A stretch of DNA of 24,321 nt from a bacterium. Lineage in GTDB: Bacteria > Hinthialibacterota > Hinthialibacteria > Hinthialibacterales > Hinthialibacteraceae. Shown piece after piece: positions 9,095-17,362 of this stretch. The notes under the pieces were generated by a model. The model ran no database searches. It had not been told where the DNA came from and was given only the letters and a program-made list of their open reading frames with translations. Position 1 is the stretch's first letter. Every line of letters starts with the position of its first letter. Made by a program: the position numbers and the translations under genes. The stretch covers positions 1 through 24,321 of the forward strand of contig JBHGBC010000088.1 in NCBI GenBank assembly GCA_041946805.1. The letters are read 5' to 3'.

Positions 9095-10830
9095 TCTCCT
9101 TTCCCGGTGAGCGTCACGGTTTGCCGGGCGCTGCCCCCCAGGGCGGAGACCACCTCCACCGTCACTTCCTGCCCTTCCTGTCCCTGCAGCACGTATTTCA
9201 CCTCTTCCACGCCTCCACTGCCCGCGAGTGGGCCGATCCGGGTTTTCTTCTCCCCGGCCAGAATCGCTTCCCGCGGCAGGCTGATCTCCACCCGGGTGGG
9301 GAAAATCTCGCCGGACCGCTCGCCGTGCGCCAGCATCGTCGGCAGGTAGCCCGTATTGATGACCTTTACGGTGAGCTCAAAAACTCCCGCTCCCAGGGAT
9401 TTGGCCTTGATCTCGTGAATCCCGATCCGGGGCAGATTCCCCGCCAGCCAGAGGAGATACTGGATGTTCTTCTCCTTCAGATCGCCGAACACCGGACGCG
9501 GCGGCAGGACCTTGGCGTAGGGCGCGAACCCCCCCACTTCCGCTTCCTGTCCGGGATAATCGGGATGCTCGACCGATTTCCATGGCACGAAATAATCCGG
9601 CGCGTTTTGGTCGAGCCATTCCAGATACTTCTTCTCTTCCTTGCCCCGTTTTTCTTCTTTTTTATCTTCTTGTTTCTCGTCCTGCTTCTTGTCTTCCCCC
9701 GTATCAGTGGCTTCTCTCTTCAAGCCCAGGGCCACGCCGGGGCTCCAGGGCGGCGTGGTCAACGAAAGGCGTCCCCGGTGGAAATAGATCCAATCGGCGA
9801 AAGATCCCTTCGCCGTCCCGGTTTCGACCGCCTCCTTGATCCCGAGTTTTTCACGGTATTGATCCCCCAGGAACTCGTAATAGGCGATGTCTTCGTTGCG
9901 GATCTTGGTCTGCGGCTTGTTTTCGGGCGACTTCTCGCCGGCTTCGGGTTTCTTCAGCAAATTGCCCTGCCCACAGAACGTGAACACCAACCCGATGTGG
10001 GGGTGCGTGATGATGAATTCCGCCAGGCCGCGCGTTTCGGCTTCACTCATGGGATGCAGGCCGGATTCCTCACCGAACCAGGGGTACTCGAAGGGAAAAT
10101 TGGCGTTCAGATTCACCCCGCCGGTCCGGTCTTCGTTGATTTTCTCGTCTTGGTCATTGTCAAATCCTTCCTGGAACAGCAGCCATCGGCCCGCCTCGCC
10201 CTTGGCGGAATCGGCTTCGATCAGGATGCGGCCGTCGCCGGGATGTTCCATGAACTTCCCTTTCGGGTCCCGCACCCGGAGCCACGTGATCAATCCGTCC
10301 CCGTCCAGATCGTCCGGACCGTCCTCATCCACCATTCCATCATGGTCCTGGTCGCACGGTGTCAGGTTGGCGGCTTGTTCCACTCGCGGAGTGCGCGTGT
10401 ACCGTTCCGCCGCGTCGGGATTCAGGCAAGGAACCACGTAAATCGTGACCGTGTCCAATAGTGTTTGGTTTTCCTCCGCCGGGGATTGGCACAGCGATTC
10501 GATGAATCCCAGGGCGAATTCATTCCCCGCCAGGGTGTTGCCCTCCACGCCGGACACCACCAGCATCGCCGGCCGTTGACTCCGTTCTTCCGGCATCCCC
10601 CGGCCGATTTCACAGAGCCACACGTCCCGGTTCTCCCGGGTCCTCGCAAGGGTAGTAAGTTGCAGGATGTCCGCGTGCGCCTCGCTCCACAACCGGAGAT
10701 GTTTGGACATTTCGGCATAGGAATGAAGTTCCGGCCGGCTGGACGGCTCCGCCCCTTCCGCCGGAGCGATTCCGCCGGTCAGGACGCCCAGACACACCGC
10801 CAGGACGGTTGAATACCATTTGGGTATCAC
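9091..10830 (-). CDS. M14 carboxypeptidase homologue lacking catalytic residues (pseudopeptidase), secreted
   Basis: Collinear with the downstream M14 protein, but has SGVEGNT, NAN, TFCGQ and TTPPW at the motif positions. The probable start is GTG 10830 with a GGGAGG RBS (alternative ATG 10863). Its stop overlaps the next start (ATGA). Confidence 0.85.
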   Translation of the reverse strand: MIPKWYSTVLAVCLGVLTGGIAPAEGAEPSSRPELHSYAEMSKHLRLWSEAHADILQLTTLARTRENRDVWLCEIGRGMPEERSQRPAMLVVSGVEGNTLAGNEFALGFIESLCQSPAEENQTLLDTVTIYVVPCLNPDAAERYTRTPRVEQAANLTPCDQDHDGMVDEDGPDDLDGDGLITWLRVRDPKGKFMEHPGDGRILIEADSAKGEAGRWLLFQEGFDNDQDEKINEDRTGGVNLNANFPFEYPWFGEESGLHPMSEAETRGLAEFIITHPHIGLVFTFCGQGNLLKKPEAGEKSPENKPQTKIRNEDIAYYEFLGDQYREKLGIKEAVETGTAKGSFADWIYFHRGRLSLTTPPWSPGVALGLKREATDTGEDKKQDEKQEDKKEEKRGKEEKKYLEWLDQNAPDYFVPWKSVEHPDYPGQEAEVGGFAPYAKVLPPRPVFGDLKEKNIQYLLWLAGNLPRIGIHEIKAKSLGAGVFELTVKVINTGYLPTMLAHGERSGEIFPTRVEISLPREAILAGEKKTRIGPLAGSGGVEEVKYVLQGQEGQEVTVEVVSALGGSARQTVTLTGKGE

Positions 10831-11187
10831 CTTGTTCCTCCCGCTAAAAAATTGATTTTCCATGGAAACCCCGTGCGGTTCTCCCCATCAGAAACGATGG
10901 AATTAGGGAATAACTTCAGTCAGATGCACTGGCAAGATGAGGGAACTCCACCAGGGATTCCAAGTTGCCAAGAAATCAGTAACACGATATAAAGCCCTAT
11001 TTCGTATTGCAAGGGATACTCTGCCGGCAAGAAAAGGTTCGGGGGAGATAATGAATCTACGGGAGGACTCATTGGTAAGCCTCTACGTCATGAATTTCAT
11101 CAGGGAATAGAATCAATCATTTTGGGGCGCGAGCTACGTCGGCGGCGAAGTTGAGGTCAAAGGGTAAAAAAGTAAAAGAACAAAGGG

Positions 11188-12633
11188 CTATTTCGTCCTG
11201 GACAACCGGAAGCCATCGTTGTAGTTCTCGTCGACCGGGTCGGCCCTGTAACGATCTGCAGATCGGCAGAACCTGGCATCGAAGAACCAGTCGCCACCCC
11301 GATACACTCTAGACGAACCAGAATTTACACCTGTAGGATCAATCCGAACAAGCGGATTCGAGGGCTCCTCCCACCAATCATTGCACCACTCCCAGACGTT
11401 CCCATGCATATCATACAATCCCCAGGGATTGGGTAATTTCAGTCCCACTTCGTGCGTTTGCCTCCCTGAGTTCCCGCACCACCACATGCATAGATCATGG
11501 TCCGCGCAACTTCCACACGCGTCATCGCATTCCAACACATTCCCATGCGAAAACCGCCAAGTTGTTCCTGCCCGGCAGGCGCATTCCCATTCCGCCTCGG
11601 TCGGCAGCCGGTACCCGTTGGCGTTCCAGTTCGTGGCCCACGTGGATTCATTGTAAACCGGCGTCAATCCTTCCCTTTCACTCAGCCGGTTACAAAAGGC
11701 CGCACACTCATACCAAGTCACGGATTCAACCGGATTATTGGACTTCCCACTAAAAAAGGAGGGATTGTTATTCATGATCGCTTGGTATTGCGCCTGGGTC
11801 ACTTCGTACCGGCCGATGTAAAAATCCTGGGTCAATATCACTTGGTGCAGAGGCCAATCATAACCTTCGTTTCTTCCCCGCTCGTCAGCAGGGCTACCCA
11901 TCGCGAACGTACCGGCCTTGATCAGCACCATTTCCAACGGCTTGGCCTCGGCGGGGAGGTTGGGGAGGGGGATGGTGATGGTTTCACCATGATTCCCATT
12001 TCCAGTTGAAGTTATGCTGAGCATGGCCGGATCGCTTGCATCCCCGTTCAAAAATTCTTCATCGTAATACCGCCCCGGCGTCAGCAAGTACACGTCGAAA
12101 TTATCCAGATAAACCGTGAGTGTCCGGGTTGGGCTGGTGTTATAAATCTGGATAAAGGGTTGGAAACCGGTGGTGGGCGGAACATACAGCGTTGATATCC
12201 ACTGATAACGATTGTGGAAAGTGGAACCATTCGCCGGGCCATTGAACGAAGCGTATTGATCCTCCCCGATATCCACCGCCGCGATGTGGACCTGGGCTTC
12301 CGGGCCATCCGCCCGCACGCTGCAGCGGATGATCCCCGCATGGGGTGAGGTAAGCGCTTGCCCGAATATCATCACTCCCTTGCCGGGTTGGGCCGTCACC
12401 ACCGCTCCCCGCCCATCAGTCGCGCCCGGGAACGCGTTATCCGAGGGAATGGATCCATACGTTACATCCGCTTGGTGCAGCGTATTGAACCCGGCTCCCT
12501 GGATCGTGATCCGATTCTCTTTCGCCGTATTTCCCGAAAAATCCACCCGCATGGGTTGGTCCTGAGCGGCACACCAGCAGGAAAAGAGAAAAGATCCCCA
12601 AAGAACCGCGATTGATATCAAAGTACGCTTCAT
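11188..12633 (-). CDS. Secreted protein with C-terminal FGE-sulfatase (SUMF1, C-lectin fold) domain; candidate DGR target
   Basis: Motifs FAMGSP, YEVTQAQY, PVESVTW, YRLPTEAEWE, PNPWGLYDMHGNVWEWC and RGGDW...GFRL. Signal peptide and an unknown N-terminal domain precede them. Confidence 0.92.
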   Translation of the reverse strand: MKRTLISIAVLWGSFLFSCWCAAQDQPMRVDFSGNTAKENRITIQGAGFNTLHQADVTYGSIPSDNAFPGATDGRGAVVTAQPGKGVMIFGQALTSPHAGIIRCSVRADGPEAQVHIAAVDIGEDQYASFNGPANGSTFHNRYQWISTLYVPPTTGFQPFIQIYNTSPTRTLTVYLDNFDVYLLTPGRYYDEEFLNGDASDPAMLSITSTGNGNHGETITIPLPNLPAEAKPLEMVLIKAGTFAMGSPADERGRNEGYDWPLHQVILTQDFYIGRYEVTQAQYQAIMNNNPSFFSGKSNNPVESVTWYECAAFCNRLSEREGLTPVYNESTWATNWNANGYRLPTEAEWECACRAGTTWRFSHGNVLECDDACGSCADHDLCMWWCGNSGRQTHEVGLKLPNPWGLYDMHGNVWEWCNDWWEEPSNPLVRIDPTGVNSGSSRVYRGGDWFFDARFCRSADRYRADPVDENYNDGFRLSRTK

Positions 12634-12686
12634 GATGCCCTATCCAAAAAAGGTAACACTCGTATTGTCTCGATATTACCTCATAT

Positions 12687-12800
12687 TTAGGTTCATCCGG
12701 AAAGTGCGTACTTTTCATCAAGCATATCCGTCCGCCCTTCAATCGGGCTGGCCGCGGAGAACCACCATTTTATCCCATCTCCCTCTGGGAGAAGGGATTA
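12687..12800 (-). repeat. Dispersed ~120-bp repeat, copy C
   Basis: The minus strand reads CCTTCTCCCAGAGGGAGA ... GAAAAGTACGCACTTTCCGGATGAACC, matching the hairpin and end motif of the other copies. Confidence 0.6.
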
Positions 12801-12855
12801 ACGCTTTCGAATTTTTTTACCCCCAGCGGCATCCGTATCCGGATATCCGGCCTCT

Positions 12856-13506
12856 TCACATTGATCGGATGAGTCCCACCACCACGCCCAGAATGGCCAC
12901 GTTTTGACCATACTCCAGTCCTCCCCGGTCGGGCACGCGGATGGCCTCCACCGCGGGATTGGCGGGCTCGAGCCAAATTTCATTCGACAACCGCCGAAAG
13001 CGTTTGACGGTGGCGCTGTCTTCCACCCGCGCCACCACGATATCCCCGTTGTTGGGATGAGGCTGCGGGCGGACCACCACGATGTCGCCGTCCAAAATGC
13101 CCTCCCCGATCATGCTGTCTCCCCGCACCCGCACCCCGAACAACTCCGGTTCCGGACCGCGGCTCCCGAAATATTCCGGATCGACTTGCAACTCCCCCTC
13201 CCGCATATCGGGAGACGCCAGATCCAAAGGTCCCGCGGGAACCACGCCCAGGATCGGCATCCGGTAGGGACGTTTCAACGGCGCGCGCCCTCCGTCCTTG
13301 ACCTGCTTCACGCCCCGGGATTTATGAGGGTCGATCTCCAGATATCCCAATTTCATGAGCCGCTGCAAATGATACCGCGCCCCATTGGTGGATGAGATGC
13401 CGAACTTTTTGCAAATTTCGCGCAGCGTGGGGGGGTAGCCCCGCTCTTCCTTGTACTTTTCCAGGTAATCGAGTATTGCGCGTTGGCGTGGTGACAAATC
13501 CATCAT
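12856..13506 (-). CDS. lexA: SOS transcriptional repressor LexA
   Basis: N-terminal wHTH (GYPPTLREI), Ala-Gly cleavage site (VPAG), catalytic Ser (GDSM) and catalytic Lys (ATVKR). Confidence 0.96.
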   Translation of the reverse strand: MMDLSPRQRAILDYLEKYKEERGYPPTLREICKKFGISSTNGARYHLQRLMKLGYLEIDPHKSRGVKQVKDGGRAPLKRPYRMPILGVVPAGPLDLASPDMREGELQVDPEYFGSRGPEPELFGVRVRGDSMIGEGILDGDIVVVRPQPHPNNGDIVVARVEDSATVKRFRRLSNEIWLEPANPAVEAIRVPDRGGLEYGQNVAILGVVVGLIRSM

Positions 13507-13522
13507 ACCGCCCTCCCAACCC

Positions 13523-13573
13523 TATTGCACTGATGTTCAATATAGTATAGATTGTTCATTTGTTCACGGTCAA
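13523..13573 (-). promoter_or_regulatory. lexA sigma70 promoter with two candidate LexA operators
   Basis: TTGACC (13573-13568), an 18-nt spacer, then TATACT (13549-13544). Palindrome TATTGCAC-TGAT-GTTCAATA at 13523-13542 and TGTTC-ATTT-GTTCA at 13553-13566. Confidence 0.7.
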
Positions 13574-13676
13574 GATAAAAGTGGTGATTATTTTGTCGGT
13601 TTCAGGGATTGCCTTGCCTCACAAGTGGGGCTTTGCTGATCATGAGCGTTACCACCATGCCACGGACAGCCTATCC

Positions 13677-14480
13677 ATGAATATTCGATTGCGGCATTTT
13701 CTCTTCCACCGGCATTTGCTGTGGGAATTCCTGCGGCGGGATCTCCAGGCCCGGTACGTGGGTTCCGCCATGGGCTTTTTTTGGTCGGTCATCAATCCCT
13801 TGATCTTGTTGATCGTGTACTCGATCGTGTTCGGCTTCATCCTGCGGGTTCCCTCGCCACGCCTGGGCGGGAAAGCCCCCAGCCTGGATTTCGCCTTTTA
13901 TATTTTCTGCGGCCTGCTGCCCTGGTACGCGTTTCAGGAATCGCTGATCCGCTCCACCACCTGCATCATCGACAACCAACATCTGATCAAGCAGGTCCGG
14001 TTTCCCGCCAAGGTGCTGCCCGCCTACATCACGCTCTCCAGCCTGGTCAACCAGTTGCTCGGCACCGTGATCCTGATCGTGTTCATGGCGGGATTCCGGC
14101 ATGAGATCCCTGGGACCCTCATCGGGCTCCCGCTGGTGCTTTTTCTGGAGTTGGTCTTCTTTTTCGGAACGGGGCTGCTTTTTGCGGCGCTGAACACCTA
14201 CCTGCGCGATATCGCCCCCCTGATGAGCATCGTCACGCTGGTGATGATGTGGGCCACGCCCATGTTCTACGAGATGGAGATCGTCCCCCCCGCTTGGCAG
14301 CCGCTTCTGTACGCCAATCCGTTGACCTACATGATTTTAATTCATCAACACCTGGTGTTGCTCAACACCTGGCCCCCGTTTACGCACTGGGTGATCTTCG
14401 CCGCTGTGTCCCTCGTTTCCTTCGGCCTCGGTTACCGCGTATTCACCCGGTGCCACATGGAATTCGCCGATCTGCTGTGA
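13677..14480 (+). CDS. ABC-2 type polysaccharide export permease (Wzm/TagG-like)
   Basis: Motifs RDLQARYVGSAMGFFWSVINPL, LIKQVRFP, RDI, TPMFY and NPL. Several hydrophobic helices. Start taken at ATG 13677. Confidence 0.9.
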   Translation: MNIRLRHFLFHRHLLWEFLRRDLQARYVGSAMGFFWSVINPLILLIVYSIVFGFILRVPSPRLGGKAPSLDFAFYIFCGLLPWYAFQESLIRSTTCIIDNQHLIKQVRFPAKVLPAYITLSSLVNQLLGTVILIVFMAGFRHEIPGTLIGLPLVLFLELVFFFGTGLLFAALNTYLRDIAPLMSIVTLVMMWATPMFYEMEIVPPAWQPLLYANPLTYMILIHQHLVLLNTWPPFTHWVIFAAVSLVSFGLGYRVFTRCHMEFADLL

Positions 14481-14554
14481 GCCTCCTGGCGCCTCGAACC
14501 GCAAGGTTTGTGGTGTGGGCATCCTGCCTGCGCGGGCGCCGGTTGTGATCCCGG

Positions 14555-15262
14555 TCACGCTTCGAACCGCTCCAGCCATCGTGTCGCGCTTACAGCCAGA
14601 AGCATCCCACACCGATGGCTGCGCCGGGCGTGACGCAGCAGCAGGGGTAGATGCCAGGGTTGCTTCGCCAGCACCCGCACCGCGGCGCGCGTGCTGGGAA
14701 ATCCATCCTCGCCGATGCTCTGGGACAAAACCGGCGGTACCACCTCGTCCGCTGCGTCGGAAATCACCCGGATCCAAGCGAACGGCTCGCAGCGGTTTCC
14801 AGCATGTTCCGCTACCGCCGCCGATTCCAGGTCCACGGCGGACGCCCCGGTTTTCACATATAACTCACGCTTTTCCCGGGGAGTGGATATAACGCACTCA
14901 GCGCAATACAAAAGCGGGGAGGAAGCCTTCTCCTCCCTTGATCCGGTTGCGCTTGCGCGAATGTCCCCTTGAGGAGTCCGTACAGTGCTCCCCTCCAGGA
15001 TGTCCCCGGTTTTCAAATCCGGCGCCAATCCGCCCGCGAAACCCAGCGAAATCCAACAGTCCACGGATTGATAGTCTAGTGTCGACAGCAAGCGGTTCAT
15101 CCTCTCCCGGCCCATCCCGGATACCGCCAAGGTGACCGGCAAACCCCCCCTGCTTATTCCATCAACCGCCATGGGGCCGGACTCCGGCATCCGGATACCC
15201 AGACGGCGGCCCAGGCATTCAATCTCTTGCGGCAGAGCGGAACAAAAAACGATTCGGGCCAT
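14555..15262 (-). CDS. Nucleoside phosphorylase/MTA-SAH nucleosidase family protein (HpnG-like)
   Basis: Motifs SALPQE, SGMG, ISLGFAGGL, AVDLESAAVA and IRVISD. Start taken at ATG 15262 (MARIVF). Confidence 0.8.
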   Translation of the reverse strand: MARIVFCSALPQEIECLGRRLGIRMPESGPMAVDGISRGGLPVTLAVSGMGRERMNRLLSTLDYQSVDCWISLGFAGGLAPDLKTGDILEGSTVRTPQGDIRASATGSREEKASSPLLYCAECVISTPREKRELYVKTGASAVDLESAAVAEHAGNRCEPFAWIRVISDAADEVVPPVLSQSIGEDGFPSTRAAVRVLAKQPWHLPLLLRHARRSHRCGMLLAVSATRWLERFEA

Positions 15263-15333
15263 ATGCGCCGTATGGAATCTATAAATATTTGTGGATGACA
15301 TTAAAATGATTGAATAGTTCCAGCAGGCATATC

Positions 15334-16419
15334 TTAAATCACCGGGCCGGATTCCTTCAGAGGAGCCCTTTCTTTCCACCTCGCCAAAATCTCCCGCGCC
15401 TGACCGGACTTCAGCGCCTCCTCCGCGGCTTGCGCTCCTGCTTCCAGGCTCCCCACCCTTCCGGAAGCGTAAAGCCGGAGCGCGGCGTTCACGAGGATCA
15501 AATCCCGGAAGCCGCTCTGCTCCTCTCCTTTCAGCACCCGTTGGATCCGTTCGGCGCTTTCGATGGTGATTCCCTGCCGGTCCTGGATTCGCGCTTCGGC
15601 GGCGTCCCGGGGGATGGAAAATCCCAAAGCCTCCGGCTCAATGTAATACGTATGAATATCACCTTCCCGCAATTCGGCCACATAGGACCGGTCTGGCCGG
15701 ATCTCCTCCGAACCTTCAATGCCCATGACCATGAACACCCGCTTGAAACCGATATGGGAACCCCGGATGGCCTCGCATATCCGCCCGCCGTATTCCCGGT
15801 GAAAAAAGCCTCCGATATGGATCGGCGCCCGCAGGGGATTGGCCAGCGGCTCGATGGTGTTGAGAAAGGTCCGTTTCCCCACCTGGCGGCGTTCTTCCAA
15901 CAAGGCGTGAACAGGCGGATTGTACAAAGGCTGGTGTAGATAGGCGATATGGCATGCGTTGAGGTTCTGGAGGATTTCCAACAATCCGCGCGAAGCCTCG
16001 ATGCCCATCGCCCGGAGCACATGAAACGGCGTGGATCCTTCCTTGGCTGGAATATTTTCCGATCCATGCATCACCATCGGAGCGCCGCCGGCCGCCGCCA
16101 CGAGGGACGCCCCCAATCCCACATGCAGCGTCCTGACCTTCCCGTCAAACGATCCGGCGCAATCCAGCAGACCCGCGGGCGGATTATTCTGTTCCGGCCG
16201 TTTCAGCCGCATGGACATGGAATCCAGAAACGCCGACAGTTCCTCCACCGATTCCGGTTTCCACCGTTCCGCCAGAAGAAAGGCCCCAAGCGTGACGGGA
16301 TGATACGCACGGTCCAGGATGGCGTTCATGGCCGCAAAGGCTTCCGGGTAGGTTAAATCCTTGGCCCCCCGCGCACCCGTCCCCACCTTGGCCATGAATG
16401 GCAACAATCGATTTTCCAT
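15334..16419 (-). CDS. Anthranilate phosphoribosyltransferase-family protein (TrpD2/YbiB-like)
   Basis: Motifs GTGARGAKDLT, GAFLLAERWKPE, DGKVRT, MHG, RRQVGKRTFLNTIEPLANP and GIEGS. The canonical TrpD GTGGD motif is missing. Confidence 0.82.
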   Translation of the reverse strand: MENRLLPFMAKVGTGARGAKDLTYPEAFAAMNAILDRAYHPVTLGAFLLAERWKPESVEELSAFLDSMSMRLKRPEQNNPPAGLLDCAGSFDGKVRTLHVGLGASLVAAAGGAPMVMHGSENIPAKEGSTPFHVLRAMGIEASRGLLEILQNLNACHIAYLHQPLYNPPVHALLEERRQVGKRTFLNTIEPLANPLRAPIHIGGFFHREYGGRICEAIRGSHIGFKRVFMVMGIEGSEEIRPDRSYVAELREGDIHTYYIEPEALGFSIPRDAAEARIQDRQGITIESAERIQRVLKGEEQSGFRDLILVNAALRLYASGRVGSLEAGAQAAEEALKSGQAREILARWKERAPLKESGPVI

Positions 16420-16618
16420 AAGTACCTAAAAAAGCCAGGGATGGGATCATCGTCGGGAATCATCGAAGGATGATCTTCCTCCTGATGCGAATCCCTTGCC
16501 CCGTCATCTCCCCACAAGCGGGGATTTAGTTGGCTCCTCCGGTTTAATCCTGGATATCCTGAAATTCTTTCTATTTTCTAACATATAGGAGGGGCACGTT
16601 GCCATGTGACCCTTATTG

Positions 16619-16865
16619 GATTCATTCGATATGTGCATACATTTTTTCGGGAGCGTGACCGGACATTGATTAGACGGGTTGGAGAGTGTGATCCTAAATC
16701 CCCTCTCCCTCTGGGAGAAGGCCAGGGGGAGGGAAAGCCATACCTCGGCGCCGATCCCCTCCGCAGGTTCCTAAACACTGGGGGGGAGGAAATTATTTCC
16801 TTCGGTTCTGAGTCAGGGAATTAAAATACGATTTTCCCATCCTATAAGCACATATCGGATGAACC
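16619..16865. mobile_element. MITE-like element with 18-bp terminal inverted repeats containing repeat copy D
   Basis: The left end is GATTCATTCGATATGTGC (16619-16636). The reverse complement of the right end (16848-16865) is GGTTCATCCGATATGTGC, a 16/18 match. 16614-16739 is the reverse-complement homologue of 1499-1624. Confidence 0.7.
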
Positions 16866-17138
16866 TTTTTTTCATTTCCCTCTCCCACCGGAAGATCATT
16901 AGGGTTCAGGAATAACGGATAGCCGCTTTGTGGGCATTGGGCTTCCCGCATCTCTTGAGGAAGATTGATCTGGCTTCTTCTGCCGCACTTTTTCGCGGGT
17001 ATAACACCACGAGTAGACTGCGGAACTGAATCACCCTTGGAGGAAACACGGTCTTTTTCTCCCCGGTAAATGGGAAGGGGAATAACTGATTAACTCGTAA
17101 CTTCCTATATAAAAATACTTTACGAAATAATTTCCGGC

Positions 17139-17173
17139 AAAAAAAACCCTCTGGCGGAGGGTGAACCAGAGGG
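17139..17173 (-). terminator. Rho-independent terminator
   Basis: 8-bp stem CCCTCTGG/CCAGAGGG followed by T8 on the minus strand. Confidence 0.85.
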
Positions 17174-17327
17174 AAAACGGTTCGGGAGGAACCGCAGCAG
17201 TTGGGAATGTGTGGTGTGTGTGGATGGTGTGAAGGATAAGCTAGGTGGCTATTGAATTCGATTGAACACCATGTGTTGCCAAGTCGTCTTCCTCATCCCA
17301 ATGAGGGGGTTCTTCCTTATCAATTCT
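17139..17327 (-). ncRNA. Predicted ~190-nt small RNA
   Basis: Bounded by a near-consensus promoter and a strong terminator inside a 1.2-kb gene-free interval. Contains hairpins with CCUCC loops and a CA-rich tract. Confidence 0.6.
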
Positions 17328-17333
17328 ATCTAG

Positions 17334-17362
17334 ATTATATCACCTAGAAGTTTTCATGCCAA
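17334..17362 (-). promoter_or_regulatory. sigma70-type promoter with extended -10
   Basis: TTGGCA (17362-17357), a 17-nt spacer, then TATAAT (17339-17334) with a TGn extension. Confidence 0.7.

Noticed and set aside
17096..17124. Spaced palindrome CGTAA...TTACG as a dif or recombination site
   Set aside because: It does not match the XerC/XerD dif consensus. At most it is a nucleoid-protein site, which cannot be supported from the sequence alone.
17248..17296. 15-aa ORF as a Trp attenuator leader for the TrpD-like gene
   Set aside because: It has a single Trp codon and a poorly placed RBS. The terminator is about 700 bp from the gene, and the gene is TrpD2-like rather than biosynthetic TrpD.
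17345..17362. sigma54 promoter (TGGCA -24 element)
   Set aside because: The -12 position reads CTTCT, not TTGC. The sigma70 reading with 17-nt spacing and TATAAT fits better.
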